A DNA stretch of 34,517 nt, taken from sequence record SRR20825006_2834. One strand, written 5' to 3'. Each line of letters opens with the position of its first letter. The first letter of the stretch is position 1. Made by a program: the position numbers and the translations under genes. Positions 20,446 through 29,147 of this stretch are shown here, piece by piece. The notes under the pieces were generated by a model, which worked only from the letters and a program-made list of their open reading frames with translations, did no database searches and was not told where the DNA came from.

Positions 20446-20502
20446 TCTACATATCAAAGCGCAGTCGGCAATAGATAATCAGAAAAAAGGACTCATCGGA
20501 TC

Positions 20503-21447
20503 ATGGCAGCCAGAAAAATAATCATTGATACCGATCCCGGTCAGGACGACGCCTTCGCGATCCTCTTTGCTCTGGGCTCCCCCGAAGAGCTTGACGTCAT
20601 CGGCATCACCACAGTTGGCGGAAACGTCCCTTTGGCCCGCACAACGACAAATGCTTTGAAAGTTCTGGAACTTGCACAACGCCCTGACATTCCAGTCTAT
20701 GCGGGCTGCCCTGGGCCGACCGTACGCAAACTGATCACGGCGGAGAATATCCACGGCGAAACGGGGTTGGATGGTGCCGATTTGCCGGAACCCACAACGG
20801 CCGCGCAATCCGAACATGCGGTCAACTATCTGGTCCGGACCATCATGGCAGCCCCCGAAGGCGAGCTGACGGTCTGCACGCTTGGGCCGATGACCAATCT
20901 TGCAATGGCGATGACCATGGAGCCGCGTATCATTCCCCGGATTCGCGAAGTCGTGTCGATGGGCGGCGGGTTCTTTGAAGGCGGCAATGCGACGCCTGCC
21001 GCCGAGTTCAACATCTTTGTTGACCCACATGCTGCCCATAAGGTGTACGCCTCCGGTGTGCCGATCACGATGGCGGGTATCGACTGTACCTATACGGCGC
21101 AGATGACCCCCGGTTGGATCAACAGCTTGCGTGACACGGGTAGCCGCACCGCGACTGAGGCCGCGAACTTGGCCGATTTTTTTCGTATTTATGGCAGCCA
21201 TAAGTTCCCGACAGAGGCCAGACCGATCCATGACGCTTGCATCACCGGTTACTTGTTAAAGCCTGAGATTTTCGAGCAACGCCAATGCCATGTGACGGTC
21301 GACATTTCCTCTCCCGTCACCATCGGCATGACGGTCGTCGATTGGTGGCATGTCACGTGCCAAGAGCGCAATTGCAACGTGCTGCGCCGGATTGATCCTG
21401 AACCGTTCTTTGCCCTTATGGCGGAGCGCATTGGCAGCCTGCCGTAA
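20503..21447 (+). CDS. Nucleoside hydrolase (inosine-uridine preferring family)
   Basis: DTDPGQDD, GGNV, IHGETGLDG, LGPMTNLA, GNATPAAEFNIFVDPHAA, PIHD. Confidence 0.94.
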   Translation: MAARKIIIDTDPGQDDAFAILFALGSPEELDVIGITTVGGNVPLARTTTNALKVLELAQRPDIPVYAGCPGPTVRKLITAENIHGETGLDGADLPEPTTAAQSEHAVNYLVRTIMAAPEGELTVCTLGPMTNLAMAMTMEPRIIPRIREVVSMGGGFFEGGNATPAAEFNIFVDPHAAHKVYASGVPITMAGIDCTYTAQMTPGWINSLRDTGSRTATEAANLADFFRIYGSHKFPTEARPIHDACITGYLLKPEIFEQRQCHVTVDISSPVTIGMTVVDWWHVTCQERNCNVLRRIDPEPFFALMAERIGSLP

Positions 21448-21545
21448 TCCTTCGCGCAGCGATAAAACGCGGTTCCCCCTGTGGGAGGCACAATACCTTG
21501 TGCCCCGCTTGGCCATCCGTATACTCCACCGCAAAGGAGAGTGAT

Positions 21546-22190
21546 GTGTCTGATCTCGATGATAGCCCCGCAGGGGAGGCCGAAGATAAGCCTCAGCGCC
21601 CGAAAGGACGCAAGACACTCTCACGCGAGGCGTGGATTGCCGCCGCTCGAGAGGCGTTCGAAACCGGCGGGATCTCCTCGGTAAAAATTGATCGGCTCGC
21701 GCGCTTGCTCCGCGTGACCCGTGGCAGTTTCTATTTTCACTTTTCAAGTTTGCAGGATCTTCACGACGGCCTCATGGATGTGTGGCGGGCTTCAAATTGC
21801 GCCCCGTTCCTAAAATTGCAGGACACCAAAGACATCGACGGTGTCCAGTTCTTTAGCGACATTGTCCATGTCTGGGTCGACGAGAACCCTTTTAGTCCGC
21901 GCCTTGACCTTGCTGTCCGGGAATGGTCTCGCAGAGATGCGACCGTCGCGCGTGAGATCAAAGACATCGACACTCTGCGCATTGATCTTTTGGTCCGGGC
22001 CTTTTTGGCCATGGGCTATTCCGATGACGAAAGCACAGTGCGGGCGCGCCTCACCTATTTCCACCAAATCGGGCAATATGCCCTGTCCTTTGAAGAAGAT
22101 CAGGACATCCGCAAGAGGTATCAGCCCATCTTTGGCGATGTGCTGCTTGGACCTTTGGTCGAACAACCAGAGCATCTTCGCGTTCTGTAG
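21546..22190 (+). CDS. TetR/AcrR family transcriptional regulator
   Basis: HTH WIAAARE...VKIDRLARLLRVTRGSFYFHF. GTG 21546 has RBS AAGGAG. Confidence 0.9.
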   Translation: MSDLDDSPAGEAEDKPQRPKGRKTLSREAWIAAAREAFETGGISSVKIDRLARLLRVTRGSFYFHFSSLQDLHDGLMDVWRASNCAPFLKLQDTKDIDGVQFFSDIVHVWVDENPFSPRLDLAVREWSRRDATVAREIKDIDTLRIDLLVRAFLAMGYSDDESTVRARLTYFHQIGQYALSFEEDQDIRKRYQPIFGDVLLGPLVEQPEHLRVL

Positions 22191-22395
22191 ACCGGAGCCT
22201 CTTCGAGGGTGCGCTAACCCTGAGAGCGTTGCAAACTTCATGCGTCTGATCGTTTCATTCGTCTGTCTCCTCAATCCGTCATACTGATCGCAGTAGGCGA
22301 CGGACCCGCACGAGAGCCGCAGGGCGTGCAGGTTGTGGTTGTCAACGGCGGCGGCTCGCAATGCCAAGCCAGAATGTTCAGAACCACACCTGCAG

Positions 22396-22434
22396 GGCAA
22401 AAGAGCTGTTGGCCGGTGCAGCAGCTCTTTTGCC
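22396..22434. terminator. Probable bidirectional terminator between tetR and lysR
   Basis: GGCAAAAGAGCTG(TTG)...(CAG)CAGCTCTTTTGCC inverted repeat. Confidence 0.7.
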
Positions 22435-22471
22435 GTCACCCAAAAAGCGCCAAAAATGGCGACAGACGGAA

Positions 22472-23371
22472 TCACATTTTAGGCATTGATTTATCAAATG
22501 CTTCGCGCAGGCGTTTGGCAGCAGGGCTGAGACCCCGGCCTGCGTTCCAAGCGATGCCGACATCCATGGACGGGATGGATTTGGCCAGATCAATCCTCTC
22601 CACCCTTCGCCCGTCCAGTGTCCAAGGGCGGTAGACAACATCGCTCAGGATCGCAACGGCTTGACCGGTGGCGACAAAACTGCGCACGGCCTCAACGGAG
22701 GTGGAGGTCAATTTGATGTCAGGATGGCCGGTTTCTTCTGTCCAATGTGCCAAGCCCTGTTTTTCGGCATCATCTGAATGCAAGACGGCGTAGGGGTATT
22801 TGGCAACATCAGCCAACGTCACCTTCGCCTGTTTTGTCAGCGGGTGATCCAGGCTGGTCCACAGGCGTCGCTGTGACTTATGAAACGTCTTACTTTTCAA
22901 ACCAATGTCAGATGTCAAATTCGAGGTGAGGATCAAAGCCAAGTCGAGCTGGCCATCAACAAGCGCCTGTTCCAGGATCTCTCTAGGTTGCTCTGTGAGT
23001 TGGACGTCGACCTGAGGATGCTGGCGGGTGAAATGTTCTATGACAGGAAAGGCGAAATAGCTTGAAAGCGTCCAACTCATTCCGAGACGCACATGACCCG
23101 AAATCGTATCGCTATCAGCTTCTACACTTTTGACGGCCGCCTCGAAGGACGCGACAATATCATGTGCGTGGTGCCTGAATTTTTGTCCGGCCCGGGTCAA
23201 CCTCAGACCTGTTGGCAAACGCTCAAACAATGCCGTACCAAGAAAAGCTTCCATGTCCTTGATCGAAAGTGTCACGGCCGATTGCGATACGTTCAAGGCG
23301 CGCGCTGCCGCCGACACTTGGCCCGCCTCGGCCACCCCAAGAAAGTACCTAATCTGACGATGCGTGAGCAT
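22472..23371 (-). CDS. LysR family transcriptional regulator
   Basis: RQIRYF...AARALNVSQSAVTLSIKDME...LFER...LTRAG HTH; 299 aa. Confidence 0.94.
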   Translation of the reverse strand: MLTHRQIRYFLGVAEAGQVSAAARALNVSQSAVTLSIKDMEAFLGTALFERLPTGLRLTRAGQKFRHHAHDIVASFEAAVKSVEADSDTISGHVRLGMSWTLSSYFAFPVIEHFTRQHPQVDVQLTEQPREILEQALVDGQLDLALILTSNLTSDIGLKSKTFHKSQRRLWTSLDHPLTKQAKVTLADVAKYPYAVLHSDDAEKQGLAHWTEETGHPDIKLTSTSVEAVRSFVATGQAVAILSDVVYRPWTLDGRRVERIDLAKSIPSMDVGIAWNAGRGLSPAAKRLREAFDKSMPKM

Positions 23372-23463
23372 ATAAGTTTTTCCAATATGATCTATTTTAA
23401 GTCTGAATTTTCAATATTAAGGACGCCATGTCAATCTGAAGGTCAGTTGTTTGGTGACCCGAT

Positions 23464-23763
23464 ATGAAACATGAAAAAATCCCCTCTACCCCCTCCGGAA
23501 CGCTGATTCTGGACTTGAGTGACGAACAGATCGAAACCCGTGCTTTCAGCACCCTTGAGGCAAAACAAGCGGCGTGGGAGAAAGCGCGGGCCGATGCCGT
23601 TGTGATTTTCCGACATCCTGAAAATTGCTCATTCTATCAACGTTTGGCCACATGGTGGTATCTGCGCAAACGCCGATCGCAGCCTGTTGCTTACGACCAA
23701 GGCGGCGACGCCATGGCTGAGCCCATTTGGCAGGGGCATTGGGCGAGCACAAAGTACTTGTGA
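23464..23763 (+). CDS. Small hypothetical protein divergent from lysR
   Basis: 99-aa ATG ORF in the usual LysR-target position. Weak RBS and no recognisable motif. Confidence 0.45.
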   Translation: MKHEKIPSTPSGTLILDLSDEQIETRAFSTLEAKQAAWEKARADAVVIFRHPENCSFYQRLATWWYLRKRRSQPVAYDQGGDAMAEPIWQGHWASTKYL

Positions 23764-24147
23764 CGTTTTCAGCACATGACAAAGCTGCGAAGAGGTCTTT
23801 GATTTCTGTTCAAACGCGCAATTTTAAGTCTTAGTAATTTAGTAAGCTACTCTTGGCCTGCCATCAGAGGTTTTCTATAGAACCGCAAAAGCAAATCGTC
23901 GGACCATCATAGCTTTAGGCCCCGAACCTCGATCAGCCATCACGCCCGACTGCGTTCACATCCGAACCTGTGGGCAGAGTTTTAGGCAAGGTGACCGCAC
24001 GATCCATCGAACATAAAGCATCTGACGACATGGACGTCTTACGGTGATGGTTCATGCCTTTGGCAAATGCCCATACCTTTGCAATGACAAAAGTGAAGGG
24101 CGGCGAATGAACGATTTTTAAAAACACAGCACCAGCCTAGCATAGCC

Positions 24148-25110
24148 TTGGGCACGAGTGCGCGCCAGTTTTGCTGCGCCTTGGTCCTTGCGCTCGCCAC
24201 ACCTGTCAGCACCGCACACGCGCAGGAAACGACACCTCAGCTCAGCACCGCGCCTGAGACGCCCGGCTTTCAACCTCCTGCGTTTCAATCCCCTGCCATT
24301 GATGCCTTGCCCGCCCCTCAGCCCCTCAGCCCCTGTCCGATGGATCGCCTGAAGGCTCTGTTGAAGAACCGGACCAGAGACCTGCGGTCCCTATCCCGCA
24401 CCGGCGCCCTTGGTCAATGCGACATCAGAACCCCCGCCACCGCCCCGACGGGTCTGGTGGCTGCGGCACACAATCGCGCCATGACATTCCTCATCAATGA
24501 TGGCCCTTCGATCTGGGCCATTGCGGCTCTGTCTGTAGCAACGGTAGCGCTGATCCTGTGAAAACTCTGGCGCTATGTTTTGATCGGGGCGTGGTCGCGC
24601 CGCACCTCTGCGCGCGCGGTGACCCGTTGGGAAGCGGGGCAGACCCGAGATGCCCTTGGCATCGTGTCTGGACGCAAGGGCTACCGCAGCCGCCTCGCCG
24701 CCACCGCAATGACAGCCCGGCAAAATCCACCGGATGAGACCGCGCGCGAAGAAACCGCCCGCATCGCCAAACTTCTTTTGGGGCAAGCCTCGGGCGGGTT
24801 GCGCGCGCTGGAACCGATTGCCACGATCACGCCTTTGTTGGGCCTTTTGGGCATGATTTCGGCGTTTCAGGCGCTGCAAGAGGCCGGAAGCAAAGCCGCC
24901 CCTGCACTTTTGGCAGGTGGCATTTGGGAAGCCCTTTTGACCACCGCGGCCGGGATGGCGGTGGCGATCCCCGCGTCTGCGGCACTGACCTGGTTTGAAG
25001 CAGTGCTCGACGCCCTGAGGCAGGATCTTGAAAACCTCGCCGCCCGGATTTTCATAGCGCCGTTGCCACACCCAAGCGCGCGCATTGAAGTGGCAAAGGT
25101 CCATGATTGA
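24148..25110 (+). pseudogene. exbB: MotA/TolQ/ExbB proton channel pseudogene
   Basis: GPSIWAIAALSV...LIL*KLWR has an in-frame TGA at 24559-24561 joining two same-frame ORFs. LEPIATITPLLGLLG(TVLG missing)MI and LAGGIWEALLTTAAGMAVAIPA follow. Confidence 0.85.
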
Positions 25111-25264
25111 TCTCGGCCTCACCGCGCGACCAAAGCGTAAACCCGGTCTGACACCGATGATCGACGTGGTGTTTTTCATGCTGGCCTTACGCTTTGGCGT
25201 AGACACTGTCGTGCCCTTTCCCTTGGCCGAGGGGCTTTTGCATCTGTTCGGAACGGGCGACTAA
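25103..25264 (+). pseudogene. exbD: Truncated ExbD/TolR
   Basis: My translation is MIDLGLTARPKRKPGLTPMIDVVFFMLALRFG...* (53 aa). It has the LTPMIDVVF motif but lacks LLLVF and the periplasmic domain. Confidence 0.8.
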
Positions 25265-25300
25265 AATCAGGCACCGATGATATGATCGTCGGCAACTCCG

Positions 25301-25332
25301 CCGGGCCATGCGCATGCGCTGGCCCGGTTTTT
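25301..25332 (+). terminator. Intrinsic terminator
   Basis: CCGGGCCA...TGGCCCGG followed by TTTTT, between convergent units. Confidence 0.7.
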
Positions 25333-25342
25333 ATGTGCCTCT

Positions 25343-26389
25343 TTAGCCCTCTTTCCGCCAATAACCTGAGAAATAGCTCTGCTCGGGACCGATCCCAAGC
25401 GTCTCCCGAAAATGTTTGCGGGCGCGCTGAACCTGAAACTTTTCCGCTCCGCACCATATGAACGGCATCGGGTCGACAGGCCCATCACCATAGAGCGCAA
25501 ACAGCGTGTCCACAGGCCCAAGATCCCTGCCACGCATGAGCCATGTCACCGTAATGCCTTCGGGCTTGATGAGATCCTGAATATCCTCCGCCCCGTCCAC
25601 TTCGATATAAGCCTGCCCGGCCACTTCCGGCGCGGCCTCCGCCAAAATACGCCGGATCGCGGGCAGTGCGGTTTCGTCACCGACCAGAGTCAGGACCTTG
25701 GCCTGCGGCATCTGCCCTCCCCCCGGTCCCATCATGCCAATCGTGTCACCGACCTGCGCCCCACGCACCCATTCAGTGATCCGGCCACCGTCATGGATGA
25801 ACACATCAAAGGCAAAAATTCCGGTCGCCACATCAATCGACACAAAGGTGTAAACCGGATTGTGGAGCTGATCCTCGCCGGTCGGAAACCGGGTGCGGCC
25901 CGTCGCGTCGATCGCCGGCCAAACCGGGCTGCGCCACTGTGGTGGCAACAACAGACGAAAATGCATCGCACCGCTGGCGAAATGCGCCATGTTGTCGGCC
26001 TTAAGCGTCACGCGATAAAAATGCGGGAAAGGCTGTGTCACCTCCACCACTTCCGCCAGACGAAAATTCGCTGGCGGACCTTGATCCGGCAAGGTGCCGG
26101 ACCATTCGAATTGGGCCAAAAGGTCCGGGTCGGCGTGATCGACAATATGAAGAATCTGATCGCGCAGCATGAACAATGTGTTGGCATCCTTGGCCGAGAG
26201 GGTGATTTTGATTGCCCCCTCCTCGCCCAGAATTTCGAACTGCCCGCGGTCCGTTGCGCCACTCATCCACGCCTCATTGCGCCTTAACTCACATCCGTGT
26301 TCGGACAATTGCAGGGCGATTTTATCAAAGCGGGGCACGGCAAATGCGCCAGCGGCAAGGCCATAGCAGGTTGCAGATGTCTCGGTCAT
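25343..26389 (-). CDS. Siderophore-interacting protein (ViuB-like ferric reductase) with N-terminal extension
   Basis: HFRLLLPP, PVYT, DVFIHDGG, GPGG, LVGDETALPAIRRIL, YIEV, SGYWR. Confidence 0.9.
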   Translation of the reverse strand: MTETSATCYGLAAGAFAVPRFDKIALQLSEHGCELRRNEAWMSGATDRGQFEILGEEGAIKITLSAKDANTLFMLRDQILHIVDHADPDLLAQFEWSGTLPDQGPPANFRLAEVVEVTQPFPHFYRVTLKADNMAHFASGAMHFRLLLPPQWRSPVWPAIDATGRTRFPTGEDQLHNPVYTFVSIDVATGIFAFDVFIHDGGRITEWVRGAQVGDTIGMMGPGGGQMPQAKVLTLVGDETALPAIRRILAEAAPEVAGQAYIEVDGAEDIQDLIKPEGITVTWLMRGRDLGPVDTLFALYGDGPVDPMPFIWCGAEKFQVQRARKHFRETLGIGPEQSYFSGYWRKEG

Positions 26390-27174
26390 GGGTGCTCCTG
26401 TCTCTCTGGAAAAGGCGCGATTTGGTGTATCGCAACGGGAAGGTTTCGAATATTTTCAACGATGATATCGAGGTCAAACACCTGTTTGAGCATCGGGCGT
26501 GTGACGATGTCTTTTGGTGTGCCGATGGCGTGCAAACGGCCGTTTTTCAAGGCAACGATGCGGTCGGCATAGGCGGCGGCGAAATTGATGTCATGGATCA
26601 CGATCACGAAACTTTTGCCCTGCTCGCGGGCAGTATCGCGCAGCCGTTCCATCATCTGGCGGGCGTGTTTCATATCCAGATTGTTCAACGGCTCATCGAG
26701 CAAAACGTAATCCGTGTCCTGAGCCAGAACCATGGCGACAAAGGCGCGTTGACGTTGACCGCCGGAAAGTTCGTCCAAAAATCTTTGGCGCAAAGGCATC
26801 AGTGCCATCGCCGTAAGCGCCTCTTGGACAAGGCGATGATCCTCCGCGTCGGGCCGGCCTTTGTGATGCGGGTAGCGGCCAAAACCCACGAGGTCTTCGA
26901 CCGTGAGACGCGCGGAAACGCTATTGTCCTGGCGTAGGATGGACAGGCGCTTGGCCAGCGCTTGTGTTGGTGTCGTCGACACATCCGCGCCATCAAAGGA
27001 GATTGCGCCGGTTTGCAGTTTACTCAGCCGCGCCATAAGCGACAAAAGCGTGGATTTGCCTGCGCCGTTTGGCCCGATCAAGGCGGTGATCCCACCCTTT
27101 GGCAAGGTGAATGTCACATCGGTGAGGATCGGAAGACCCGAAATCTGATGGCTGACATCGGAGATTTGAATCAT
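26386..27174 (-). CDS. Iron-siderophore ABC transporter ATP-binding protein (FatE/CeuD-like)
   Basis: GPNGAGKST, FGRYPH, LSGGQRQRAFVAM, LDEPLNNLDMKH, HDINFA. Confidence 0.93.
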   Translation of the reverse strand: MIQISDVSHQISGLPILTDVTFTLPKGGITALIGPNGAGKSTLLSLMARLSKLQTGAISFDGADVSTTPTQALAKRLSILRQDNSVSARLTVEDLVGFGRYPHHKGRPDAEDHRLVQEALTAMALMPLRQRFLDELSGGQRQRAFVAMVLAQDTDYVLLDEPLNNLDMKHARQMMERLRDTAREQGKSFVIVIHDINFAAAYADRIVALKNGRLHAIGTPKDIVTRPMLKQVFDLDIIVENIRNLPVAIHQIAPFPERQEHP

Positions 27175-28178
27175 CGCTGCGCGCCTTTGAGCAAGAGGGT
27201 GAGAAAAACGAGACCGCCAAGCAAATCAATGACCACGGAGAGCGTGCCTTTGAAGCCGAGCACGTGTTCAAAAACCGCCTGACCGCCGACAAGGGTGATC
27301 ACCGCAACAAGGCTCGCGGCGATCCATGTCGGCCCAAACCGCGCACCGGGCAAAAGACGATAGGCCAGATGGGTGACCAACAGACCAAAGAACGTGACGG
27401 GCCCGACAAGCGCGGTCGACACCGAAACCAACAGGCCAACCGTCGCAAAGGTGATCAACATGACCCGCCGATAGGGCAGCCCAAGGTTTATCGCCGTGTC
27501 CCGGCCCAAGGCCAGCACGTCAAATTGGTGCCGCAACAGCCACAGAACAGGCACTGTGAACGCACAAAGCACCAGTGAGATCCACAAAAGATCAATGTTG
27601 ACCGTGTTGAACTGCGCGAAGGTTGCGCCTTGAACGACAACGAAATCATTGGGGTCAATCATCCGGGAAATGAAACTGGACAGGCTGCGAAACAGCGTGC
27701 CGAAAATGATCCCAACCAACACCAAAAGATACAGATCGCGCGCCTGCGTGGAAAAAAGCCACAGGAACAGCCCGGTGGAAAACACCATCATCACGATCAC
27801 TTCGAGGGAAAATTTGAGGATCGGGTCAAGATCTTGTGTCGCCATAGCTCCTATAAAAAAGACCGACCCGGCCTGAAGCATCAAATAAAGCGCATCAAAC
27901 CCCATGATGGCGGGGGTAAGAATTTGATTGCGGGTGGCGGCATGGAAAAGCTGGGTAGAGGTGGCGATGGCATAGGCCACAAGCACAAGGGCCACGAGTT
28001 TCCCGGCCCGAAACGGAAGTGCAAACCCCCATGCCCCGCCCGGCACGCCCAGAGTGAGAAAAAGCCCGAGTGCCACCAGAGACAGCGCGCCAAGGATCAG
28101 CACGCGTGCGCGCGCCCGATCCAGTGGAGCCTGACCCGTTTGTGGGAGGGCCATCTGTGCAAACCTATCGGACGGCAT
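27171..28178 (-). CDS. Iron-siderophore ABC permease (FatC/CeuC-like, FecCD family)
   Basis: NQILTPAIMGFDALY, DVLALGRDTAINLG, STALVGPVTFFGLL. Confidence 0.92.
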   Translation of the reverse strand: MPSDRFAQMALPQTGQAPLDRARARVLILGALSLVALGLFLTLGVPGGAWGFALPFRAGKLVALVLVAYAIATSTQLFHAATRNQILTPAIMGFDALYLMLQAGSVFFIGAMATQDLDPILKFSLEVIVMMVFSTGLFLWLFSTQARDLYLLVLVGIIFGTLFRSLSSFISRMIDPNDFVVVQGATFAQFNTVNIDLLWISLVLCAFTVPVLWLLRHQFDVLALGRDTAINLGLPYRRVMLITFATVGLLVSVSTALVGPVTFFGLLVTHLAYRLLPGARFGPTWIAASLVAVITLVGGQAVFEHVLGFKGTLSVVIDLLGGLVFLTLLLKGAQR

Positions 28179-29136
28179 GGCTTTGTCGTCCCAAAAGAAG
28201 CATCAGAAACACAGCCGATCCAAGCACTCCCAGAATTGTGCCAATCGGCACCTCATAAGGGGCGCGCAACACCCGCCCCAAGATATCGCAGAACAACAAC
28301 AGCCCCGCGCCAAGGCTCGCCGCCCATGGCACCGCTGCCCGCAGGTTGTCTCCCACCATCCGGCTGACGATATTCGGCACGATGAGACCGAGAAACGGGA
28401 TCGACCCGACGGTGACAACAACAACGGCAGTGATGACAGAGACGACCAAAAGCCCCAACCACATCACCCCGCGATGGTTCAGCCCCAGTGTGATGGCAAC
28501 ATCGCTGCCCATGCCGATGATCGAAAACCGATCCGCATAGAGATACCCGATCAACGCCAAACCGCCGGTGATCCAAAGGAGTTCGTAGCGCCCACGCAAC
28601 ACGCCGGAAAACTCACCCGTGGTCCAAATGCCGAGATATTGCAGCAAATCGGTCTGATAGGCGAAAAACGTCGCCACAGCCCCAATCACCCCGCCCAACA
28701 TCAGCCCGACCAAAGGCACGAGCAACGGTTGATGCCGTGGCAACCGATCAAGAAGACGCAAAAACAGCACCGTGCCCGCAATGGCAAAGCCGGATGCAAG
28801 GAGCATTTTGGCCAACATCGGTACGGTCGGCAAAAAGAACACCGCAACAAGCAGGCCGAGCCCCGCACTTTCGGCCGTTCCGGCGGTGGCAGGTTCAACG
28901 AATTTGTTGCGCGTCAGCATTTGAAAAATCAGACCGGCAATCGCCATAGACGCCCCGGTCAGGATCAGCGCCATGGTGCGGGGCACCCGGCTTGCCAGCA
29001 GAATGAGCGCATCATCGACTTGACCCTGAAGCACCGCACCAAAAGACATATCAGCGACACCGATGGTCAAAGACAGAAGCGCCATGACCAAAATACTGGT
29101 CAAGGCGAGCCCCATATGAAGATGCAGAGATTTCAC
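28165..29136 (-). CDS. Iron-siderophore ABC permease (FatD/CeuB-like, FecCD family)
   Basis: SRVPRT, RNKFVEPATAGT, GEFSGVLRGRYE, PFLGLIVPN, CDILGR, PYEVPIG. GTG start. Confidence 0.92.
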   Translation of the reverse strand: MKSLHLHMGLALTSILVMALLSLTIGVADMSFGAVLQGQVDDALILLASRVPRTMALILTGASMAIAGLIFQMLTRNKFVEPATAGTAESAGLGLLVAVFFLPTVPMLAKMLLASGFAIAGTVLFLRLLDRLPRHQPLLVPLVGLMLGGVIGAVATFFAYQTDLLQYLGIWTTGEFSGVLRGRYELLWITGGLALIGYLYADRFSIIGMGSDVAITLGLNHRGVMWLGLLVVSVITAVVVVTVGSIPFLGLIVPNIVSRMVGDNLRAAVPWAASLGAGLLLFCDILGRVLRAPYEVPIGTILGVLGSAVFLMLLLGRQSHAVR

Positions 29137-29147
29137 GCTACAAACGC

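Noticed and set aside
22205-22270. TPP riboswitch-like GGGTGC...CTGAGA...CTGATC
   Set aside because: The remaining conserved elements are missing and there is no downstream gene on that strand.
22305-22357. Guanidine-III riboswitch (ACGAG...CAGG pseudoknot resemblance)
   Set aside because: The stem register differs from the consensus I recall and no plus-strand gene follows. Kept only as an unassigned structure.
23839-23850. TTAGTAAGCTAC as a third copy of the nicC-type operator
   Set aside because: It has two mismatches in an AT-rich patch and no relevant gene start nearby.
24559-24561. TGA readthrough or selenocysteine in exbB
   Set aside because: The position corresponds to Trp, and additional deletions in exbB and exbD indicate decay.
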